Below, piece by piece: positions 19,789-29,565 of a stretch of DNA of 64,000 nt (position 1 is its first letter; each line of letters opens with the position of its first letter). Under the pieces are notes generated by a model, which was given only the letters and a program-made list of their open reading frames with translations, was not told the origin of the DNA and did not search any database. Position numbers and translations under genes: made by a program. Source of the stretch: an uncultured Deinococcaceae bacterium (GTDB lineage: Bacteria > Deinococcota > Deinococci > Deinococcales > Deinococcaceae); NCBI GenBank assembly GCA_964252075.1, contig CAXULY010000002.1:128001-192000 (forward strand). Direction: 5' to 3'.

Positions 19789-20996
19789 TCGCTGCTGACC
19801 GTGATGGGGGCGCTCACGTTGCGCCCCAGGCGGCGGCGCTGCGCGAGCAGACCCGCGACGGTGACAAGTCCCACGGCGCCGAAGGTCAGCCACGGCAGGG
19901 TGGGGACGTCCAGGCGGTTCCCGGCGTCGTACAGCGCGCCACCGATGGCGGTGCCGATCGCGCCGCCCAGGCCGATGGAGAGGGAACCCACCCCAAAGTA
20001 CGACCCGACGAGGTCAGGGCGCGCGAACGTCGCGGTGAGGGCCTGCTGGCCGCTGGAGGCGAGCATGTTCCCCACGCTGAACACCGCGACGCACGCCAGC
20101 AGCGCCGGGAAGCTGCCCGCGAAGGCCACCGCGCCGAGGCTCAGGCCCGCCAGCGCGACGCCCGCCACGAAGCAGCCGTACAGGCCGAGGCGCCGCTCCG
20201 CGAGGCGGAACACCAGCACCTGCAGCGCGACGGCCAGCCCGGCGTTCAGGCCGTACACCCACCCGATGGCGCCCGCGCCGTGCATGGCGGTCGCCTTGAG
20301 CGCCACCGCGATGTTGAGCTGCGCGGAGAGCAGGTAGTACCCAGCGGCGAGCGCCGTGAACACCGTGAAGCGCGCGTCGCGCAGCACGACGCCCAGCCCC
20401 GACAGGCCCGCGCGGGGCGTGCCGGTGGGGCGCAGCGCGGGGAGCGTGAAGGCCAGCAGCACGCCGGACAGCAGGTACAGGGCGCTGGACACCAGCGCCA
20501 CCTCCCGGAAGCCCAGGCGGGCAAGCAGCGCGCCCACGAGCGGCCCCACCACCATCCCGAGGTTCCCACTGACGCCCATCAGAGAGAAGATGCGCGTGCG
20601 GTCGCGGGGCGCCGTGAGGGTCGTGAGGGCGGCGTTCTTGGGCGCGTCGAAGAGGGCGCCGCCGACCCCCGCGAGGATGGAGGCGCCCAGCAGGGTCCAG
20701 AAGGTCGTGGCGAAGCCCATCGCGGCGAAGCCCAGGAAGCGCAGGAACAGGCCCGCAAGGATCAGGCCGCGCGGGCCGAGGCGGTCCGCGAGCGCGCCGC
20801 CAAACACCGTGAGGCCCTGCTGGGTGATCTGCCGCACCGCGAGGATCACGCCGACGGTGCCGGCCGCCCAGCCGAGCCCGGCGGAGAAGTGCACGCTGAT
20901 CAGCGGGATGATCATGAAGAAGCCGCCCCACATCAGGAAGTTGACGATCAGCAGCGTCAGGATGGCGCGGGGGGCGTGGTGTTGAGGCTGAGACAC
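19785..20996 (-). CDS. MFS transporter (MdtH-like)
   Basis: About 12 TM segments; motif A GALADRLGPR. Confidence 0.9.
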   Translation of the reverse strand: MSQPQHHAPRAILTLLIVNFLMWGGFFMIIPLISVHFSAGLGWAAGTVGVILAVRQITQQGLTVFGGALADRLGPRGLILAGLFLRFLGFAAMGFATTFWTLLGASILAGVGGALFDAPKNAALTTLTAPRDRTRIFSLMGVSGNLGMVVGPLVGALLARLGFREVALVSSALYLLSGVLLAFTLPALRPTGTPRAGLSGLGVVLRDARFTVFTALAAGYYLLSAQLNIAVALKATAMHGAGAIGWVYGLNAGLAVALQVLVFRLAERRLGLYGCFVAGVALAGLSLGAVAFAGSFPALLACVAVFSVGNMLASSGQQALTATFARPDLVGSYFGVGSLSIGLGGAIGTAIGGALYDAGNRLDVPTLPWLTFGAVGLVTVAGLLAQRRRLGRNVSAPITVSSD

Positions 20997-21042
20997 TGGG
21001 GCGATTCTATGCCTGCGGGGCGCGCCGCGCCCGGACTGGCCT

Positions 21043-21396
21043 TCAGCGGTCCTTCAGGCGCTCACCGCACAGCACGTCGAGCGCCGTGATGCCCGCCACC
21101 GCCAGGAACGCCACGAGGGCGTTCGCGCGGCGGGGGTTGCGGGGCCCCAGCGCCACCGCGAGCGTCGCGAGGTCCAGCGCGTCCCCGCCGACGCGGGACC
21201 ACACCCACGGCGAGGTGCGCGTGCCCGCGAGGATGCCGACGCCCGCCGCGAGTTCGCGCACGCCGTAGGCGCGCAGCAGGCCCTCGCGGCCCTCCAGGCC
21301 GAGCCAGCGGGCGAGGGCGTGGGGGCGCGCGACTTCGTACAGGCCGAGCCCCAGGCTGAAGTACCCGAGGAAACGAGACAGGGATCGTGCGTGCAT
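21043..21396 (-). CDS. Small hypothetical membrane protein
   Basis: LGYFSLGLG...YGVRE...WSRVGGDALD pattern; AGGAGG RBS. Confidence 0.7.
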   Translation of the reverse strand: MHARSLSRFLGYFSLGLGLYEVARPHALARWLGLEGREGLLRAYGVRELAAGVGILAGTRTSPWVWSRVGGDALDLATLAVALGPRNPRRANALVAFLAVAGITALDVLCGERLKDR

Positions 21397-21539
21397 GGTG
21401 GGTCCTCCTGACCGCATACTGCGGGTCGCGCGTGAGGGCGAGGCGGGAGGACGGTGCATTGGCGTGAAGGGACGGGCGGGTGACGGGCGATTCACGCGCC
21501 TGGAGGCCGCCCTCATGTGCCGCGCGCTAGCGTGGCGGC

Positions 21540-21794
21540 ATGAGCGCGCCGCCAGACGAGCACGAGGTGCGGGTGCTGGCGGCCCTGCAGCGCGGCGCCG
21601 CGCTGGTGATGCACCGGCGCGGGGAGCGCGGCCCGTACTACACGCTGGGCGGGCGGCGGCTCAGCGTGACGCTGCTCAAGGCGCTGGAGGCGCGGCGCTG
21701 GATCGCGCGGGAGGGCGGGCCGGACCGCGCGGCGGTCACCTACGCCCTCACCGCGGAGGGGGAGGCGGCGCTCGCCGCGCGGCGCGCCACCTGA
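21540..21794 (+). CDS. Small hypothetical protein, possible winged helix
   Basis: LKALEARRWI...YALTAEG pattern; TAGCGT 6 nt before the ATG. Confidence 0.6.
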   Translation: MSAPPDEHEVRVLAALQRGAALVMHRRGERGPYYTLGGRRLSVTLLKALEARRWIAREGGPDRAAVTYALTAEGEAALAARRAT

Positions 21795-21798
21795 CGCG

Positions 21799-23454
21799 TC
21801 AGCGGGCGCTGAGGTGCTGGTGCACGAAGCTGACCGTGACGCTCCCCTCCCCCACCGCGCTCGCCACGCGCTTCACGCTGGACGCGCGCAGGTCTCCCAC
21901 CGCGAAGATGCCCGGCACGCTGGTCTCCAGCGGGTAGGGGCGGCGCTCCAGCGGCCAGTCGGCGAGCGCCCCCGGCGTGAGGTCGTCGCCCGTCAGGACG
22001 AAGCCGCGCGCGTCGAGCGCCACGAGCCCGGAGAGCCACGCGGTCTGCGGCGCCGCGCCGATGAAGCTGAACAGGAAGTTCGCGGCCTCGTCGTGCTCCT
22101 CGCCCGTCACGCGGTCCCGCACGGTCACGCACTCCAGGTGCTCGCTGCCGCCGCAGGCGGTGACCTCCACGTTCAGGCGCACCTCAATGGTGGGCGTGCG
22201 GCGCAGCTGGTCCACGAGGTACTGCGACATCTTCGCTTCCAGGGTGGCGCCGCGCACCAGCATCACGACGCGCGCCGCGTAGCGCGAGAAGTACATGGCG
22301 GCCTGCCCGGCGCTGTTCCCGGCGCCCACGATGAAGACCACCTCGTCCCCGCAGTTCACGGCCTCGCTGCGCGCCGCGCCGTAGTACAGGCCGCGCCCCG
22401 TGAACGCCTCCGCGCCGCGCGCGGGGAGGCGCTGCCAGCTCACGCCCGTCGCGAGGACCAGCGCGTGACAGCCGATCTCCGGGCCGCCCTGAAGCTGCAG
22501 GTACTTATACGGGCCGTCCACGCGCAGGGACGCCACCGCCTGCGGCGTGAGGAGTTCCACCCCGAACTTCTGCGCCTGCGCCACCCCGCGCCGCGCGAGG
22601 TCCCCGCCGGAGAGGCCCGCCGGGAAGCCCAGGTAGTTCTCGATGCGGCTGCTGGTGCCCGCCTGACCGCCGGGCGCCTCGCGCTCGACCAGCACCGTCT
22701 GCAGGCCCTCGGACGCGCCGTACACGGCCGCCGCGAGCCCGGCGGGCCCCGCGCCGATGATGGCGAGGTCGTAGAAGGGCCGCGTGGCGGTCAGGCCGAG
22801 GCCCACGCGCGCCGCGAGTTCCGGAATGCCCGGCGCCTCAAGGCGCGCGCCGTCCGGCAGGATCACCAGCGGCAGTGCCCGCGCGTCCGCGCGCAGGGCG
22901 GGCGCGTCCGGGTTCGTTTCGAGGTCGTAGAAGGTGTAGGGCACGCCGTTGCGCGCGAGGAAGTCGCGCAGGTCGTGCGCCTCGGCGGACCAGCGGTCCG
23001 CGACGACCTTCAGGCCGCCGTACCCGGGCTTGTACTCGCCCTGCCAGTCGGACAGCAGGTCGTCGATGACGGGGTAGAGTTCCTCCTCCGGCGGGTCCCA
23101 GGGTTTCGTGAGGTAGTAATGCACGCGCGACTGGTTGATGGCCTGGATGGCGGCCTCCGTGTCGGCGTAGGCGGTGAGGAGCGCGCGCCGCGCGTCCGGG
23201 TAGAGTTCCGCGGCCTGCGCGAGGAACTCCACGCCGTTCAGCTGCGGCATGCGCTGGTCGCTGAGCAGCAGCGCGACCACCTCGCCGCGCCGCCGGAGTT
23301 CCGCGAGGGCCTCCAGCGCGCTCGCGCCGGAATCCGCGCGCACGATGCGGTAGGTCTCGGCGTAGCGGCGGCGCAGGTCGCGCGTGACGGCGCGCAGCAC
23401 CTCGGGGTCGTCGTCCACCACCAGCAGCACGGGTTTGGGGGGTTTGCTGTCCAT
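21799..23454 (-). CDS. Response-regulator receiver fused to thioredoxin-reductase-like FAD oxidoreductase
   Basis: REC motifs VVDDD, SDQRMP and KPW; IGAGPAG, IENYLGFP, VGAGNSA and FAVGD motifs; GGAGG RBS. Confidence 0.92.
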   Translation of the reverse strand: MDSKPPKPVLLVVDDDPEVLRAVTRDLRRRYAETYRIVRADSGASALEALAELRRRGEVVALLLSDQRMPQLNGVEFLAQAAELYPDARRALLTAYADTEAAIQAINQSRVHYYLTKPWDPPEEELYPVIDDLLSDWQGEYKPGYGGLKVVADRWSAEAHDLRDFLARNGVPYTFYDLETNPDAPALRADARALPLVILPDGARLEAPGIPELAARVGLGLTATRPFYDLAIIGAGPAGLAAAVYGASEGLQTVLVEREAPGGQAGTSSRIENYLGFPAGLSGGDLARRGVAQAQKFGVELLTPQAVASLRVDGPYKYLQLQGGPEIGCHALVLATGVSWQRLPARGAEAFTGRGLYYGAARSEAVNCGDEVVFIVGAGNSAGQAAMYFSRYAARVVMLVRGATLEAKMSQYLVDQLRRTPTIEVRLNVEVTACGGSEHLECVTVRDRVTGEEHDEAANFLFSFIGAAPQTAWLSGLVALDARGFVLTGDDLTPGALADWPLERRPYPLETSVPGIFAVGDLRASSVKRVASAVGEGSVTVSFVHQHLSAR

Positions 23455-23455
23455 G

Positions 23456-24841
23456 TCAGGCCTCCGGTGCGCCCTGGTGCAGGGGCAGCAGCACCATGAA
23501 TTCCGTGTGGCCGGGCTCGCTGCTGGCGCGCACCAGGCCGCCCTGCTGCCGCACGATGCGCTGCACCACGTCCAGGCCCAGGCCGCTGCCCTGCCCGACG
23601 CCCTTGGTGGTGAAGAACGGCTCGAAGATGCGCGCCTGCACGTCCGGCGGGATGCCGGGGCCGTCATCGATGATGCTGACCGCCAGCTGCCCGCCGCGCA
23701 CCGCGACCTGCGCGGTGAGGTGCCCGCCCTCGGGCAGCGCGTCGATGGCGTTGTCGATGAGGTTCGTCCACACCTGGTTCAGTTCGCCCTCGTGCGCCCA
23801 CACGGGCGGCACGTCCGGCGGGTACAGGCGCTGCACCTCGATGCCCTTCGTGCGCAGTTTGTGCTGCAGCATGGTGAGGGTGCTGTCCAGGCCGGGCCGC
23901 ACGTCCGTCGCGCCGCGCGCGCCGCCGCGGTCCATGTGCGAGTACCGCTTGATGGACGCCACGAGCGTCGAGATGCGCTCGGCGGCGCCCTCCAGTTCCC
24001 GCAGCATGCTGTCGCTGCCGAGGCGCAGGTGCAGGTACGCGACCGAGGCGCCCAGCGCGTCCCCCTCGGGCAGCAGGTCGAAATCGTCCGGGCGGACGCC
24101 CGCCTCGACCAGCGCGGCGGCGCGCGCGTCCGCCTGCGGCACCGCGCAGCCCTCCAGGGCGTCCGTCACCTCGTCCTCCAGGTCGCTGCGGTCGAGGGGC
24201 GAGAGGCGGTTGTCGCGCGCGAGGGCGACCTGCGCCACGCGCTCCGCCGCGTCGAGCGCGCCGTCCGCGTCGCCGCCCGGCCACGCGCGCAGCAGGTCCG
24301 GCAGGTTCGCGAGGAGCGCGCGCAGGTCCGCGGCGGTGCGGCGCAGCGCCGCCGCGGGGTTGTTCAGCTCGTGCGCCAGACCGGCGGACAGGGTGCCGAG
24401 GGCGCGCAGGCGCTCGCGCTGCTCCTCGCCGCGCGCCTCGTCGCGGATGCGGCGCTTCATGACGGCCAGCAGCCGGTCCTCGAGGCCCGGGACGTGCTGG
24501 CGCAGCGCCGCGAACCACTTTCGGTCCAGCATCCCCACGCGCGTGAGGCCCACCGCGCGGCCCGTCGCCTGGTAGTGCGTCATGCTGCTGTGCGGCAGCA
24601 GGCCCGCCACCGCGCCCTGGCGCACCACGTACAGCACCGGTTGCGCGCCCACCTCGCCCTCGTACTGCACCTGCCCCTCGAAGAGCAGGTGCAGGTGCTC
24701 GGCGGGCGCGCCCGCGTGCGCCACGACCGCGCCGTCCGCGAAGCTCACGACCTCGCTGTGCGCCGCGATCCACAGGAGTTCCTCCTCCTGCAGGTCCGCG
24801 AGCGCCTCGATGAGCCGCAGGTCCTCCAGGGTGGGGTTCAC
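23456..24841 (-). CDS. cNMP-binding-domain sensor histidine kinase
   Basis: N-terminal cNMP-like domain, AHELNNP H-box, NLIDNAIDA, FFTTK and GSGLGL; start uncertain. Confidence 0.88.
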   Translation of the reverse strand: MNPTLEDLRLIEALADLQEEELLWIAAHSEVVSFADGAVVAHAGAPAEHLHLLFEGQVQYEGEVGAQPVLYVVRQGAVAGLLPHSSMTHYQATGRAVGLTRVGMLDRKWFAALRQHVPGLEDRLLAVMKRRIRDEARGEEQRERLRALGTLSAGLAHELNNPAAALRRTAADLRALLANLPDLLRAWPGGDADGALDAAERVAQVALARDNRLSPLDRSDLEDEVTDALEGCAVPQADARAAALVEAGVRPDDFDLLPEGDALGASVAYLHLRLGSDSMLRELEGAAERISTLVASIKRYSHMDRGGARGATDVRPGLDSTLTMLQHKLRTKGIEVQRLYPPDVPPVWAHEGELNQVWTNLIDNAIDALPEGGHLTAQVAVRGGQLAVSIIDDGPGIPPDVQARIFEPFFTTKGVGQGSGLGLDVVQRIVRQQGGLVRASSEPGHTEFMVLLPLHQGAPEA

Positions 24842-24982
24842 GGGCGTGACCGCGGCCCGGGTGTGTGTGTGTTGTCCCTCATGACGCCTCCTGGGCTTGT
24901 TGTGCCACGTGCGCGGCACGCTGATCATGCCACACCGCCGGGCGCGCGTCCCCGTCCGTTCGGGTGGTGGGGCGCCGGGCCG

Positions 24983-25639
24983 TCACTGCAGCTCCGCGAC
25001 CTGGACGCCCAGCAGGTGCGCGAGGTCCAGCAGCTGCACGGCCTCCACCGTGACGCCGGGCAGCTCCCGCAGGCCCAGCCGCGCCCCCGCGAGGGCCGAG
25101 CCGCGCAGGTCGGCGTCCGCGAGCGCCGCGCCGCCGAACTCCGCGCGTGGCAGGCGGCACGCGCGGAACACCGCGCCCGTCAGCTGCGCGTCCATGAAGG
25201 TGGCCTCCGAGAAGTCGCTGTCCTCGGCCCAGAAGGCCTTCGTGTCGGCCTTCAGCCACAGGGACAGCGGCGCGTGCGCGCGCGTGAGGCGCACGTGGCG
25301 CAGGCGCGCCTCGGGCAGTTGCGCGCCCAGCAGGCGGGAGTCCGTGACCTGTACGCGCTCCAGGCTGAGTTCCTGCAGCTGCGCGCCGCCGAAGTCGCAG
25401 CCCTCGAAGCGCACGTCCGCGCAGCGCACGCGGTGCCAGCGCGCGCCCCTGAGGTTCACACGGCGGAACACGCAGCCCTCGAAGGACACGGACGTGAGGG
25501 AGCGGTCCTCCAGCGTCTGGTCCTCGACCGTCACGCCGCGGTAGATCGCCTCGTCCTCAAGGTCGTCCGCGGCGAGGGCGCGCAGGCCGCCGCGCGGGAA
25601 GCGCGGCGCGGTGGGGGCTTTGATGGGGGCGCTGGGCAT
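24983..25639 (-). CDS. Pentapeptide repeat protein (MfpA/Qnr-like fold)
   Basis: Repeating (A/S/C)xF/Lxx pentads such as ADADLRGSALAGARL; TACAGT 7 nt before the ATG. Confidence 0.88.
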   Translation of the reverse strand: MPSAPIKAPTAPRFPRGGLRALAADDLEDEAIYRGVTVEDQTLEDRSLTSVSFEGCVFRRVNLRGARWHRVRCADVRFEGCDFGGAQLQELSLERVQVTDSRLLGAQLPEARLRHVRLTRAHAPLSLWLKADTKAFWAEDSDFSEATFMDAQLTGAVFRACRLPRAEFGGAALADADLRGSALAGARLGLRELPGVTVEAVQLLDLAHLLGVQVAELQ

Positions 25640-25673
25640 GCCCCGCACTGTAAACCGCCTGTGGGGTTGCGCG

Positions 25674-26024
25674 TCAGTCCTGACCCTGCCGGAAGCTCAG
25701 CTGGTGGCCGTCCGGCGTGACGAGGATGAACATCCGCCCGAACGGCCCGTCGTGCGGGGGGCGCAGCACGCGCGCGCCACGCGCCACCACCTGCGCGTGG
25801 TAGGCGTCCGCGTCCGGCACGATGAACGACACCGTGACGTCCGCGCCGCCCGGTCGCGCGTCCGGGTCCTCGCGCACCGCGAGGCCCGCGCCGCTCGCCT
25901 GCACGAAGGCGTTCCCGCCGGGGCGTTCCTCCGTCACCTCGAAGCCCAGCACGTCCGTGAAGTACCGCCGGGCGGCGCTCAGGTCCGGGGTGTGCAGCGT
26001 GACGAAATCCAGGATGGTTTTCAT
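25674..26024 (-). CDS. VOC/glyoxalase/bleomycin-resistance family protein
   Basis: DLSAARRYFTDVLGF and DGPFGRMF..TPDGH motifs; GGAGG RBS. Confidence 0.9.
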   Translation of the reverse strand: MKTILDFVTLHTPDLSAARRYFTDVLGFEVTEERPGGNAFVQASGAGLAVREDPDARPGGADVTVSFIVPDADAYHAQVVARGARVLRPPHDGPFGRMFILVTPDGHQLSFRQGQD

Positions 26025-26058
26025 GGTTGACCTCCGACTTCAGCTTCGCGTGGCGGCG

Positions 26059-26074
26059 TGACACCGTCCTGTCA
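26059..26074. promoter_or_regulatory. TGACA-N6-TGTCA palindrome, candidate WYL-regulator site
   Basis: TGACAccgtccTGTCA in the short gap between the WYL stop and the VOC start. Confidence 0.55.
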
Positions 26075-26084
26075 GGAGGGCGCG

Positions 26085-27002
26085 TCACCCCCGGAGCATG
26101 CGGCGCGCCTCCGCAAGCACGCGTTCGCGCAGTTCGGCGGGGTGCTGCACCTGCACGTCCCCGCCCCAGGACAGCACCCACGGCAGCGCGTCCTGCGGGT
26201 CCCGCACCAGGAGCGTCACCTCCACCGCGTCCCCCACGCGCGCGATGGCCTCCTGGCTGTCGCTGGGGCGCTCCAGCAGGGCGCGGTGCAGGCGCGCGGG
26301 GAAGCGCAGCTGCACGCGCACGTGCCGCCGCTCGCGCAGCGGGGACGGCGCGGCGCGCCACGCGGGGTCAGGCTGGTAGGTGTCCGCCGTGACGCGCAGG
26401 TCCTCCATGCGGCTGAGGCGGAAGGTGCGCCGCGCGCCGCGCACGGGGTCGAAGGCGCCGAGCAGCCACGCGCCCCGCAGGTGCACGAGCGCCGTGGGGT
26501 GCACGCGCCGCACCTCGGGCGGCGCGTCCGGCTTGTGGTACGTGAAGGTCACGGTGCGGCGCAGCAGCAGCGCCGTCCGCAGGGGCGGCAGGTGCGGCGC
26601 GTCCGGCGCGCTGGGCGGGGGAATGAAGTGCAGGTGCCCGCGCAGGGCGCGCACCTCGTCCCGCCTGGCGTCGGGCAGCGCCGAGAGCAGTTTCTTCACG
26701 GCCTGCTCCGCGGCGCGCGCGTACTCCTCGTCGAAGGCCCCACGCAGGGCGTCCGCGCCGAGCAGCAGCAGGACCGCCTCGGGCGGCGTGAAGTGCAGGG
26801 GCGGCAGGCGGTAACCGTCCATCAGCCGGTAACCCCGGCCGGGCAGGCTCACCACAGGCACGCCGGACTCCTGGAGGGCCAGCATGTCGCGGTAGATGGT
26901 GCGGACGCTCACCTCGAAGTGACGCGCGAGCGGCTCGGCGCGCGTCCAGGTGTCCGTGTGCAGTTCGAGCAGCAGGGCGAACAGTCGGTCCGTGCGGTTC
27001 AT
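26085..27002 (-). CDS. YafY-like HTH-WYL-WCX transcriptional regulator
   Basis: MNRTDRLF, FEVSVRTIYRD HTH; WLLGAFD...RTFRLSRM WYL motif; GAGGAGG RBS. Confidence 0.93.
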   Translation of the reverse strand: MNRTDRLFALLLELHTDTWTRAEPLARHFEVSVRTIYRDMLALQESGVPVVSLPGRGYRLMDGYRLPPLHFTPPEAVLLLLGADALRGAFDEEYARAAEQAVKKLLSALPDARRDEVRALRGHLHFIPPPSAPDAPHLPPLRTALLLRRTVTFTYHKPDAPPEVRRVHPTALVHLRGAWLLGAFDPVRGARRTFRLSRMEDLRVTADTYQPDPAWRAAPSPLRERRHVRVQLRFPARLHRALLERPSDSQEAIARVGDAVEVTLLVRDPQDALPWVLSWGGDVQVQHPAELRERVLAEARRMLRG

Positions 27003-27028
27003 GGCCTCCTCCCTCACCGCCGCGCGGG

Positions 27029-28924
27029 TCAGGTGGGCTCGGGGTGCGGAGCGAGCGGCAGGCTGAAACTGAAGGTCGCGCCCTCGTCCGGGCGGGACTG
27101 CGCCCACACCTGCCCGCCGTGCCGGAACACGATGCGCTGCACGTTCGCCAGCCCGATCCCGACGCCCTCGAAGTCCTGCGCGCGGTGCAGGCGCTGGAAG
27201 GCCCCGAAGAGCTTGTCGGCGTACTTCGGGTCGAAGCCCACGCCGTTGTCCCGCACGTGCAGCACGTGCTCCTGCGCGGTGGTGTCGGCCCACACCTCGA
27301 TGCGCGCCTCGTCGCGCGGGCGGGTGTACTTCACGGCGTTCGACAGCAGGTTGCTGAGGACCTGCGTGAGCAGCCCACGGTCCGCGGACACCACCGGCAG
27401 CGCGCGCACCTCCCACACCACGCGGCGCGACTCGGTTTCCGGCGCGAGGTCCTGCTGCACCTCCTGCACGAGCCCGTTCAGGTCCACCTGCGAGAGCCGC
27501 AGGGGCGCGCGGCCCGTGCGCGCGAAATCCAGCAGGGCGTCCACCAGCGCGGACAGGCGCGCCGCCGCCTGGTCAATCACCGTCACGTACTTCAGGCTGC
27601 GGTCCCGCGCGCCCTCCTGCACGCTCTCCCGCAGCAGGCCCGCGAAGCCCTGCACGTGCCGCAGGGGCGAGCGGAGGTCATGCGAGACGCTGTAACTGAA
27701 GGCGTCGAGTTCCGCGTTCAGCACCCGCAGCTGCTCCATGGTGGTCTCCAGGTCCTGGTTGCGCACCTCCAGCGCCTCCTGCTGCGCGTGCAGTTGCCCG
27801 TCCATGGCGGCGCGTTCCGCGGCGAGGGTGAGGCCCCGCCCGACCGCGGTGAACACCGCGCGGTTCCGCTGGGTCCACACGTCCGCGCCGACCACCGTCG
27901 CGGCGAGCAGGCCCACCACGCGGTCGTTCACCACGACGGGGTACGCGGCGCGCGCCCAGGCGCCCGCCGCTTCGGCGCTCATGCGCGCGCCGATCACGGG
28001 CCACGCCTCCAGGAACATGGGGGCGCGCGTGGCGCTGGCGTCTCTGAAGATCGGGAAGTCCACAGGAAGGCCCGCGCGGGCCAGCCGGAAGCTGGGGTCC
28101 TCGTGCGTGCCCGCCCATACGCGCAGCGCCCAGCGGTCCCCGACGCGCTCGAAGTACCCGGCGCTGCCCGCCTCGAAGGCCGTGAGCAGCGCGTCGGACG
28201 CCTTCTGCGCGAGGTGATCAAGCTGCGTGTCGCGCCCCACCGACTCCGTGAAGGCCTCGAAGGCCCGCAGCGCCGCCGTTTCCGCCGCGAGCGCGTCGTT
28301 GCTGCGCTGCAGCTGCTGCGTGCGGTCCTGCACCTGCGCCTCCAGGTCCTGCTGCCACGTGAGGCGCTCCGTCTCGGCGCGCGTGCGTTCCAGCGCGAGC
28401 GCGCACAGGCCCGCGAGGGTGAGGGCGAAGTCACACTCGACGGCGGTGAAGGCGCGGTCCTCGCTGAAGGTGAGGGTGACGAGGCCCAGGATCTCCTCCT
28501 GCACCTTCAGCGGCAGCGCCGCGACGCTGCCTGGCGGCGCCTCAGGCAGCGCCAGCATCTCGGGGTAGCTGCGGGCGAGGTCCTGCTGCGTGAGGAAACG
28601 CGCCTCGCCGTCCCGCGCGGTGTCCAGCACTGGCCACGGGGGGCCGTCGGCCGTCAGGTCGAGGTGCCGCCACGCGTCCAGCATGTCGGGCGGGTACCCG
28701 ACGTCACTGACGAGCAGCAGCATCTGGTGTGAGGTCTCGAACAGGTAGATGCCGCCCGCCGCGGCGTTCAGGCCGCCGAGGGCGTGGGTGAGCGTGGCGT
28801 CCAGCACCTCGGAGGGGGTGGTCGCGCGCGTCAGGGCCACCGCGAGTTCGGCCATCTGGCGGAAGTGCCGGGATGCGGAGTCAGGCGGGTCCGGTTGGGA
28901 CGAACGGCCACCGGGGGGAAGCAC
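27029..28924 (-). CDS. GAF sensor histidine kinase
   Basis: Two GAF-like domains; SVSHDLRSP, NLLSNAVKY, DNGVGF and GVGIGL. Confidence 0.92.
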   Translation of the reverse strand: MLPPGGRSSQPDPPDSASRHFRQMAELAVALTRATTPSEVLDATLTHALGGLNAAAGGIYLFETSHQMLLLVSDVGYPPDMLDAWRHLDLTADGPPWPVLDTARDGEARFLTQQDLARSYPEMLALPEAPPGSVAALPLKVQEEILGLVTLTFSEDRAFTAVECDFALTLAGLCALALERTRAETERLTWQQDLEAQVQDRTQQLQRSNDALAAETAALRAFEAFTESVGRDTQLDHLAQKASDALLTAFEAGSAGYFERVGDRWALRVWAGTHEDPSFRLARAGLPVDFPIFRDASATRAPMFLEAWPVIGARMSAEAAGAWARAAYPVVVNDRVVGLLAATVVGADVWTQRNRAVFTAVGRGLTLAAERAAMDGQLHAQQEALEVRNQDLETTMEQLRVLNAELDAFSYSVSHDLRSPLRHVQGFAGLLRESVQEGARDRSLKYVTVIDQAAARLSALVDALLDFARTGRAPLRLSQVDLNGLVQEVQQDLAPETESRRVVWEVRALPVVSADRGLLTQVLSNLLSNAVKYTRPRDEARIEVWADTTAQEHVLHVRDNGVGFDPKYADKLFGAFQRLHRAQDFEGVGIGLANVQRIVFRHGGQVWAQSRPDEGATFSFSLPLAPHPEPT

Positions 28925-28980
28925 ACAGGTAAACTAACAGCCCAGCCGCGCGGTGTGGTTTCATCGCCACTTCATGCCTG

Positions 28981-29018
28981 CGGGCGGGGGGTGAGGCGCG
29001 CGCCTCACCCCCCGCCCG
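28981..29018. terminator. Perfect 38-bp palindrome downstream of a small secreted gene
   Basis: CGGGCGGGGGGTGAGGCGC|GCGCCTCACCCCCCGCCCG. Confidence 0.6.
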
Positions 29019-29027
29019 GACGCGCCT

Positions 29028-29408
29028 TCAGTTCGCGCGGCGGTACGGGGCGAGGGCGTTGTCGCGCTGCGCCTGGGCGCGCACCTGGGGCCGCACGCAC
29101 ACCACGTCCCCCGCGAAGGCCTCCCGCCACACGTACCCGTTCAGGCAGGTGTTCGACCCCGCCCAGCCCTGCGCGTCCACCCGCTCGCCCGCCCGCGCGT
29201 TGTCTCGCGCGGTCTGCTCGCGCACCTGTGGGGTCACGCACACGTGGTCCCCAGGGATGGCCACCCGCCACACGTAGCCCTGCGCGCAGGTGTCCGGGCC
29301 GTAGGGCAGTGGCGCCGCGCCCGCACTGCCGAGCGCGGCCAGGGCGCCCCCGAGGGCGCTGGCGAGCAGGAGGGGACGGATGGTGGTCAGGGTGCGGGTC
29401 AGGTTCAT
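29028..29408 (-). CDS. Secreted protein with two Cys-containing repeats
   Basis: Signal peptide; TCAQGYVWRVAIPGDHVCV and TCLNGYVWREAFAGDVVCV repeats; AGGAGG RBS. Confidence 0.8.
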   Translation of the reverse strand: MNLTRTLTTIRPLLLASALGGALAALGSAGAAPLPYGPDTCAQGYVWRVAIPGDHVCVTPQVREQTARDNARAGERVDAQGWAGSNTCLNGYVWREAFAGDVVCVRPQVRAQAQRDNALAPYRRAN

Positions 29409-29565
29409 GGGGTCCTCCTTGCCGGGAGGGTCGGCCCGCTGGGCGCGTCCTCCTGAAGCTCCTGCAAGGTAGGCGCGCGCGCGTCCCGGTCACCAGAGAC
29501 CGCCCCTGTCCCGGCCACCGGGACGCGGCGCGCACGGTGGCGCGCCGCTGCGGGTAAGCTGCGGC

